A stretch of DNA of 64,000 bases from Planctomycetota bacterium (GTDB lineage Bacteria > Planctomycetota > SZUA-567 > H5-PLA8): positions 20,183 to 84,182 of the forward strand of contig DASPJR010000158.1 in NCBI GenBank assembly GCA_035628505.1, given 5' to 3'. The notes beneath the pieces were generated by a model, which was not told where the DNA came from, searched no databases, and was given only the letters and a program-made list of their open reading frames with translations. The stretch's first letter is position 1, and the number at the start of each line of letters is the position of its first letter. The translations under genes and the position numbers were made by a program. Positions 59,103-64,000 of this stretch are shown in pieces.

Positions 59103-59272
59103 GTACGAATATCCTTCATCACTTCATCGTGTGGAATTACATTGCCTGCACGCACGTCCGCTTCACCTTTTTCAATTTGCTGCATGACATACAAGCGATA
59201 CATGGCGTCGTCGTAGGAGCAATCATCAGGCAATTCGTCAACGATCGTACGAAGCCGCTGTTTGACTGTCAT
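59060..59272 (-). CDS. Putative antitoxin (type II TA, ParE partner)
   Basis: KQ.L...VD.LPDDCSYDD.MY.LYV...IEKG..D..AG.V..H.EV; overlaps the toxin start. Confidence 0.8.
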   Translation of the reverse strand: MTVKQRLRTIVDELPDDCSYDDAMYRLYVMQQIEKGEADVRAGNVIPHDEVMKDIRTWLESSGPRRRKSS

Positions 59273-59325
59273 GCTTCTGCCCTCGAACCTTAACGCATTA
59301 TACGCCGGAGCGGGCGCTATAAAGT

Positions 59326-61401
59326 TTACTTTTCCAGGAACGGTTCGAACCAGATGCCGTGCGCCGCGCGCGGAGTGCCCATGGGGCGGATCAGCAGCTT
59401 TAACTCATCAACGCCTTCGACCGAGACCTTGCAGACGTCGATATCGGCCTGGCTCTTCACGCGCTTGGATTCCCAGAGCGGCTTGCCGTCGCCCTCAACT
59501 AAAAAGACGAGGCCGTCCTGCATCCGGGGAAGATTCGCATTCTGCGTGACCAGCGCATTGAAGGTTTTATATTGCTTGCCAAGCTTAAGCGTCAAAAAGG
59601 CGTTGCCGGCCCGCGGCGGGTGCATGCCGATGCCGTGCGGCGATGACCGGGTCCCCACGCGGAATATTCTGAATGCGTCGGGCGGGACGTCACGATCGGT
59701 CTTGCCCACTTTGCCGCTGGCTTGCGGAAACCACACCGCGGACATGTCCACGAAAGGCAGGTTGATTGCAAAAAGCTGCTCGTTGGTGTTCTCCGAATAG
59801 GGCGGAAGGACGACATCTTCAGCGCGCTGTATGGGTCCTTCGTCTTCCCAACCGGGTCCATCCCGCGGAGGGCCATTACGCTGCGGACCCTCACGCGGCG
59901 GACCATTACGCATGGGACCGTTGCGCATGGGTCCGTCTCTCGGCGGACCTTCACGGAATGGACCCTCGCGCTGACCCTCCGGCCGAGGCGGACGGCGCTC
60001 GAAGTTCCCGTCGGGTCCGTCCGGGGGTGGAAATGGCCGCTCGTTATTGCCGCCAGGAGGTTGCCGCGGCCCTTCGTTGGCGTTAGCGGCGAGGGTTTTC
60101 CCGCTGTTCTCTGGCGAAACATTCGGCTGCGTGCCCGGGTTATTCTGCTCAGCGTTTCGCGGATCGAACATCGGCAGCACAAGCACAGCGCCAACAACCA
60201 GCAGAACCAGCGCGACCGCAGCAAGCACCCACTTTTTGCTCGACGTCTGCGCCGGTTCCGGCGTGCCCGACGCTGCAGCAACGGCTTTGCGCAAAGCGGC
60301 CGAAGGCGGAGGGCCTTTGGCATTCAGATCGACGGCGTCGAGCAGCGCAATAAGCTCCTCAGCGGATTGCGGCCGGCCCTCGGGCTTTTTTGAGAGCAGT
60401 CTGGTGATCAGCAGCGACAGTCCCGGAGGAATGCTTGTATTCAACGTATGAACTGGTGGCGGTTCATCCACAGCCAGCGCGGTCAGAAGCGCCATAATCG
60501 ATTCGCCACGAAATGGATTGCTGCCCGTGCACATGCAATGAAGCACGCTGCCGAGGCTGAACAAATCGCTTCGTCCGTCCATCGCGTCGCCGCGGGCCTG
60601 TTCGGGCGACATGAACGCAGGCGTGCCGACGATAGTTCCCATCTCAGTCAGGTTTGTGCTGTGACCGCTGCGCTTGGCGTTGCGAGCCAACCCGAAGTCG
60701 AGGATCTTCACCTTTGCCTCGGGCCCCTCGAGCCAGATATTGCTCGGCTTGATATCGCGGTGGATCAGACCATGCTTGTGAATGGCGCCCAGTCCGCGCG
60801 CCATCTCTTTGGCGATGCGCACGACTTCCGGCGGCTCAATCGGCGGTCCGCGCACGATGCGGTCAGCCAGCGATTCCCCCTGCAGAAGCTCCATCGCGAT
60901 GAAGAAGACATTACGTTCCTGCCCGGCCTGGTAAACGGTGACCAGGTTATCGTGCTTGATCGCAGCCATGCTGCGGGCCTCGCGCATGAGGCGATGCCAG
61001 CCTTCGTCGGCGTCCTGCCACTGGGAAGTGAGCACTTTCAAGGCAACGGGGCGGCGCAGAACGAGGTCTTCGGCGTAAAACACCATCCCCATGCCGCCGC
61101 TTCCGAGCGTCTTAAGCACGCGGTAATTGTTCAGCCGGCCAACTTCATCAGGCTCGACAGCCGGCAGCAGATAGGGGAACGTTTCGGATTGCTTTGCCTT
61201 GGGCACCAGCGTCGCTGCATCGGCGCTGCTACCGGATGGCGGCTTCGACGCCGGTCCGCCCGCGCTCCCGGGCGTGTTCGACTCAGGACCGGCGTGAGTG
61301 CCGTGATTGACATCGTCCAAACCGAGCGCGCGGCGTCCGATGGGTGGCAGAGTAGGCGGCGCCTCCGGCGGCAGCTTTTTCTTGTCTGAGTCATTGCTCA
61401 T
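59326..61401 (-). CDS. Membrane Ser/Thr protein kinase with GPxRx repeats and C-terminal NPCBM/NEW2-like domain
   Basis: LGSGGMGMVF, VALK, HRDIKPSN, DFG and FMSPE; TM helix; GIGMHP...F..V.GDGK.LW.S...VSVEGVDELKL. Confidence 0.92.
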   Translation of the reverse strand: MSNDSDKKKLPPEAPPTLPPIGRRALGLDDVNHGTHAGPESNTPGSAGGPASKPPSGSSADAATLVPKAKQSETFPYLLPAVEPDEVGRLNNYRVLKTLGSGGMGMVFYAEDLVLRRPVALKVLTSQWQDADEGWHRLMREARSMAAIKHDNLVTVYQAGQERNVFFIAMELLQGESLADRIVRGPPIEPPEVVRIAKEMARGLGAIHKHGLIHRDIKPSNIWLEGPEAKVKILDFGLARNAKRSGHSTNLTEMGTIVGTPAFMSPEQARGDAMDGRSDLFSLGSVLHCMCTGSNPFRGESIMALLTALAVDEPPPVHTLNTSIPPGLSLLITRLLSKKPEGRPQSAEELIALLDAVDLNAKGPPPSAALRKAVAAASGTPEPAQTSSKKWVLAAVALVLLVVGAVLVLPMFDPRNAEQNNPGTQPNVSPENSGKTLAANANEGPRQPPGGNNERPFPPPDGPDGNFERRPPRPEGQREGPFREGPPRDGPMRNGPMRNGPPREGPQRNGPPRDGPGWEDEGPIQRAEDVVLPPYSENTNEQLFAINLPFVDMSAVWFPQASGKVGKTDRDVPPDAFRIFRVGTRSSPHGIGMHPPRAGNAFLTLKLGKQYKTFNALVTQNANLPRMQDGLVFLVEGDGKPLWESKRVKSQADIDVCKVSVEGVDELKLLIRPMGTPRAAHGIWFEPFLEK
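59852..59980 (-). repeat. 15-nt coding tandem repeat (pentapeptide GPxRx) in the kinase ectodomain
   Basis: REGPFREGPPRDGPMRNGPMRNGPPREGPQRNGPPRDGP. Confidence 0.8.
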
Positions 61402-61445
61402 GATGAGGCACTCACGCTTAAAGAACGCTCAAACCCGGGATGCTT

Positions 61446-62360
61446 CTACCACATAACCCGGTTGCGGCCAGAATTCTTCGCCTCGTAGAGCTTCTTGTCT
61501 GCGCGTCCGAGCATTTCTTCGCGTGAAATGGATTCTCCGCCGTCAGTATGACCGATGCCGATGCTGACCGTTACCGGAATCGTTATTCCGTCGGCTCTCA
61601 CGCCTTCGCTTCCGACCAGTTCGCGAACACGCTCTGAAAACTGCCGGGCCTGCTCGAGCGTCGATTCGGGAAGCACAATCACGAATTCTTCGCCGCCGTA
61701 GCGCGCGAAAACTTCGTCGCGGCGGATGGCGGCTTTGATGCGGCGGGCGATTTCGCGCAGCTCCATATCTCCGCCGAGATGACCATACTTATCGTTGATG
61801 GACTTGAAATGATCGAGGTCGAGGATTGCCAGTGACAACGGCCGCTTGTGGCGCTGCGAGCGCGAGAGTTCGCGGTCGAGTGCTTCCATCAGGAATCGCT
61901 TGTTCGACACGCCGGTGAGGCCGTCGGTGATCATGATGGAATAAACTGTTTCGTGGTACTGCTTCTCCACTCCATCGCCGCGCAGGAATTTGAAAATCGT
62001 CTTTCCAAGCCGGATGAGGTCGCCGGTCTTTAGCACCGCCCGATTGACCTTGTCATCGTTGATGAAAGTACCATTAGTGCTGTTGAGGTCGGTGATGATG
62101 TAGCCGCGCGGAGTGAACTCAATGGAAGCATGGCGGCGCGATACGTCCTGGTCTTCGACCATCAGTTCGCATTCTTTTTCGCGGCCGATCACGAATTTCT
62201 TTTCTGGGAGAGTGAGAATTCCTTCGCCCAGTTCCACAGGATAGATCCGTATGAGATAGCCACCTCGCTCTTCCATGTGGGTAAGCGTGGTATGCAGGCG
62301 GCTGGTGCGCTGGGGGTCGAACGCCTCGTGAACAGCTCCGGTGCCGGGTTCTTTAGCCAT
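61446..62360 (-). CDS. FHA + GGDEF diguanylate cyclase
   Basis: FHA motifs IGR, VSRRHA and DLNSTNGTFIN; GGDEF motifs DGLTG..N, DLDHFKSIND.YGH.GGD and RYGGEEF. Confidence 0.93.
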   Translation of the reverse strand: MAKEPGTGAVHEAFDPQRTSRLHTTLTHMEERGGYLIRIYPVELGEGILTLPEKKFVIGREKECELMVEDQDVSRRHASIEFTPRGYIITDLNSTNGTFINDDKVNRAVLKTGDLIRLGKTIFKFLRGDGVEKQYHETVYSIMITDGLTGVSNKRFLMEALDRELSRSQRHKRPLSLAILDLDHFKSINDKYGHLGGDMELREIARRIKAAIRRDEVFARYGGEEFVIVLPESTLEQARQFSERVRELVGSEGVRADGITIPVTVSIGIGHTDGGESISREEMLGRADKKLYEAKNSGRNRVMW

Positions 62361-62509
62361 CGTATCCCCGCTGTAACTCTGCAGACTGTGGTGTATGCAA
62401 AGTATCCGTACGCGGCCACGGCAGAGCAAGCCAAAACCCCGCGACGGCAACGATTTCGGTCCGTGCAGACAAAGGTTATCGAGAAGTTATCTTTCAGGAG
62501 CAACGATTC

Positions 62510-63403
62510 GTGCGGAATTATCCCGTTTGGATGTGCCTGGTATTTCTTCAGCTCAGCAGCGCTTTCTGTGCCGAACCCCAGTTGAGCCTCGACGTCTGGC
62601 CCGGTAAGGTTCCCGGCGAGACTGGTCAGTTCACGGAAGAGAAGTGGACGATCCCAAAGCCCGGCGAGAAGACACCGCTGAGCGTCACCAATGTTTTCAA
62701 GCCGACTATCGCCTGGTACCCCGCGAGTAAGGAAAAGGACACCGGCACGGCCGTGATCGTCTGCCCGGGCGGCGGGTACAAGGTGCTGATGATGGACTAC
62801 GAAGGCGCTGACGTTGCCGGCTGGCTCAACCCGCTTGGCGTGCACGTTTTCGTGCTGAAGTACCGCGTTCCGCAGCGCGAAGGTCTGACACGCTTCGGCC
62901 CGGCACTGCAGGACGCGCAGCGCGCGCTGAGCCTGGTGCGCAGCAAGGCAGCGGAGTGGAAGATCAATCCCGCTCGTATTGGAATCATGGGCTTCTCAGC
63001 CGGCGGGCATCTGTCGGCGGCATCTTCGACAAACTTCGACAAGCGCAGCTACGAGACAATCGACGAAACCGACAAGATCAGCTGCCGTCCTGATTTCGCG
63101 ATCCTGGTTTATCCGGGCGGCATGCTCGAGAAGGACAAGCCTGAGCTGACGCCGGAGATCCGCGTCAGCGAACAGACGCCGCCGGCATTCCTCGTAATGT
63201 CGCACGATGACCGGGTGAACTCGGAGAATTGCATCTACTATTACCTGGCGCTGAAGAAAGCGAAGGTCCCCGCGGAGATGCATATCTACATGACCGGCGG
63301 ACACGGCTACGGCATGCGCGCAGGCGACAAACCATTTAACAAATGGATTGATCGGTGCGCGGACTGGATGAACGTGCAGGGACTTCTAACACCGGCGAAG
63401 TAA
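62510..63403 (+). CDS. Secreted alpha/beta hydrolase (acetyl esterase/lipase-like)
   Basis: CPGGGY, GIMGFSAGGHL, PDFAILVYP, TPPAFL....D and GGHGYG. Confidence 0.88.
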   Translation: MRNYPVWMCLVFLQLSSAFCAEPQLSLDVWPGKVPGETGQFTEEKWTIPKPGEKTPLSVTNVFKPTIAWYPASKEKDTGTAVIVCPGGGYKVLMMDYEGADVAGWLNPLGVHVFVLKYRVPQREGLTRFGPALQDAQRALSLVRSKAAEWKINPARIGIMGFSAGGHLSAASSTNFDKRSYETIDETDKISCRPDFAILVYPGGMLEKDKPELTPEIRVSEQTPPAFLVMSHDDRVNSENCIYYYLALKKAKVPAEMHIYMTGGHGYGMRAGDKPFNKWIDRCADWMNVQGLLTPAK

Positions 63404-63435
63404 TCCGGTTCAGACTTGCGAATTCAAAATTCGCG

Positions 63436-63999
63436 TTACATACGTATGGCCTTCACCGCCTTTTCGATCTCCTCGCCGTCGCCGGGCTGGAGCGTTCTGG
63501 GGTCGATCAGGACGCGCTCATCTTGGATGCGCGTAAAAATCGGCGGCTTATGAGCGCGCAGCGCCGCGCCAAGCTCTTCGGCGCTCAGCTTCGGATGACG
63601 CAAGCTCACTACGCGCGTGGGAATGTTGCGCTCGGGCAGGCTTCCCGATCCAAGCCGCGAAGAATCCTCCACGCAGAGTGCTTCCAGGCCAGGCAAGGCG
63701 CGGCCGAGTTTTGTTGCGAGCGTCGCGGCTTCATCGCTGATGCTCGCCAGAGTCCGCTTGAGCATGCGCAGCGTGGGCACCGTCTGATTGCGCGTGCCCG
63801 GATTCAGGTAGAGCCGCAAGGTACTTTCAAGCGCGCACAGCGTCAGCTTGTCAACGCGGAAGGCGCGGTAAAGCGGATGGCGGCGGAGTTTTTCGACCAG
63901 TTCGCGCTTGCCCGCCGCGATCCCGCCTTGCGCTCCGCCCAGAATTTTATCGGCCGAGAAGAGCACCAGGTCCGCGCCGTCATCGAGAGCGGCTTTGAC
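63436..63999 (-). CDS. selA: L-seryl-tRNA(Sec) selenium transferase (5' part outside the window)
   Basis: DLVLFSADKILGG.Q.GI..G...L....HPL.RA.RVDK.TL.ALE.TL, GSGSLP and D.RTL. Confidence 0.9.
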   Translation of the reverse strand, partial: VKAALDDGADLVLFSADKILGGAQGGIAAGKRELVEKLRRHPLYRAFRVDKLTLCALESTLRLYLNPGTRNQTVPTLRMLKRTLASISDEAATLATKLGRALPGLEALCVEDSSRLGSGSLPERNIPTRVVSLRHPKLSAEELGAALRAHKPPIFTRIQDERVLIDPRTLQPGDGEEIEKAVKAIRM

Positions 64000-64000
64000 T

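Overview
A 64 kb high-GC bacterial chromosomal window. The host is probably a member of the Planctomycetota; this is inference from a CxC...CxxC zinc-ribbon RDD protein, several Hanks-type Ser/Thr kinases and an LEPRxLL-like leader peptide. It is mostly housekeeping and signalling genes: cysD, cysNC, eno, malQ, the prkA-yeaH-spoVR triad, selD and a partial selA, glycosyltransferases and hydrolases. I saw no rRNA, tRNA, CRISPR array, integrase or transposase. The best candidate for a poorly described system is at 49269-52061. An 83-aa peptide with a KLEERIAP leader is followed by a 13-bp stem-loop and then by one 811-aa protein fusing a PqqD/RRE-like domain, an M50 intramembrane metalloprotease and an HlyD-type adaptor, with no ABC ATPase or tailoring enzyme nearby. 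Other notable items are (1) selD with an in-frame UGA (CAGU motif) and a candidate SECIS, which the ORF track truncates; (2) three tandem secreted Ig-like surface-protein paralogs, one with a 166-aa inserted phage-fibre/CBM-like domain; (3) a membrane pseudokinase; (4) a frameshifted ParE toxin; (5) an internally deleted Uma2 gene flanked by a duplicated gene start inside the prkA-yeaH-spoVR operon; and (6) 7-, 8- and 9-mer tandem or inverted repeats at gene junctions. All family assignments come from recognising motifs by eye; no database searches were run.
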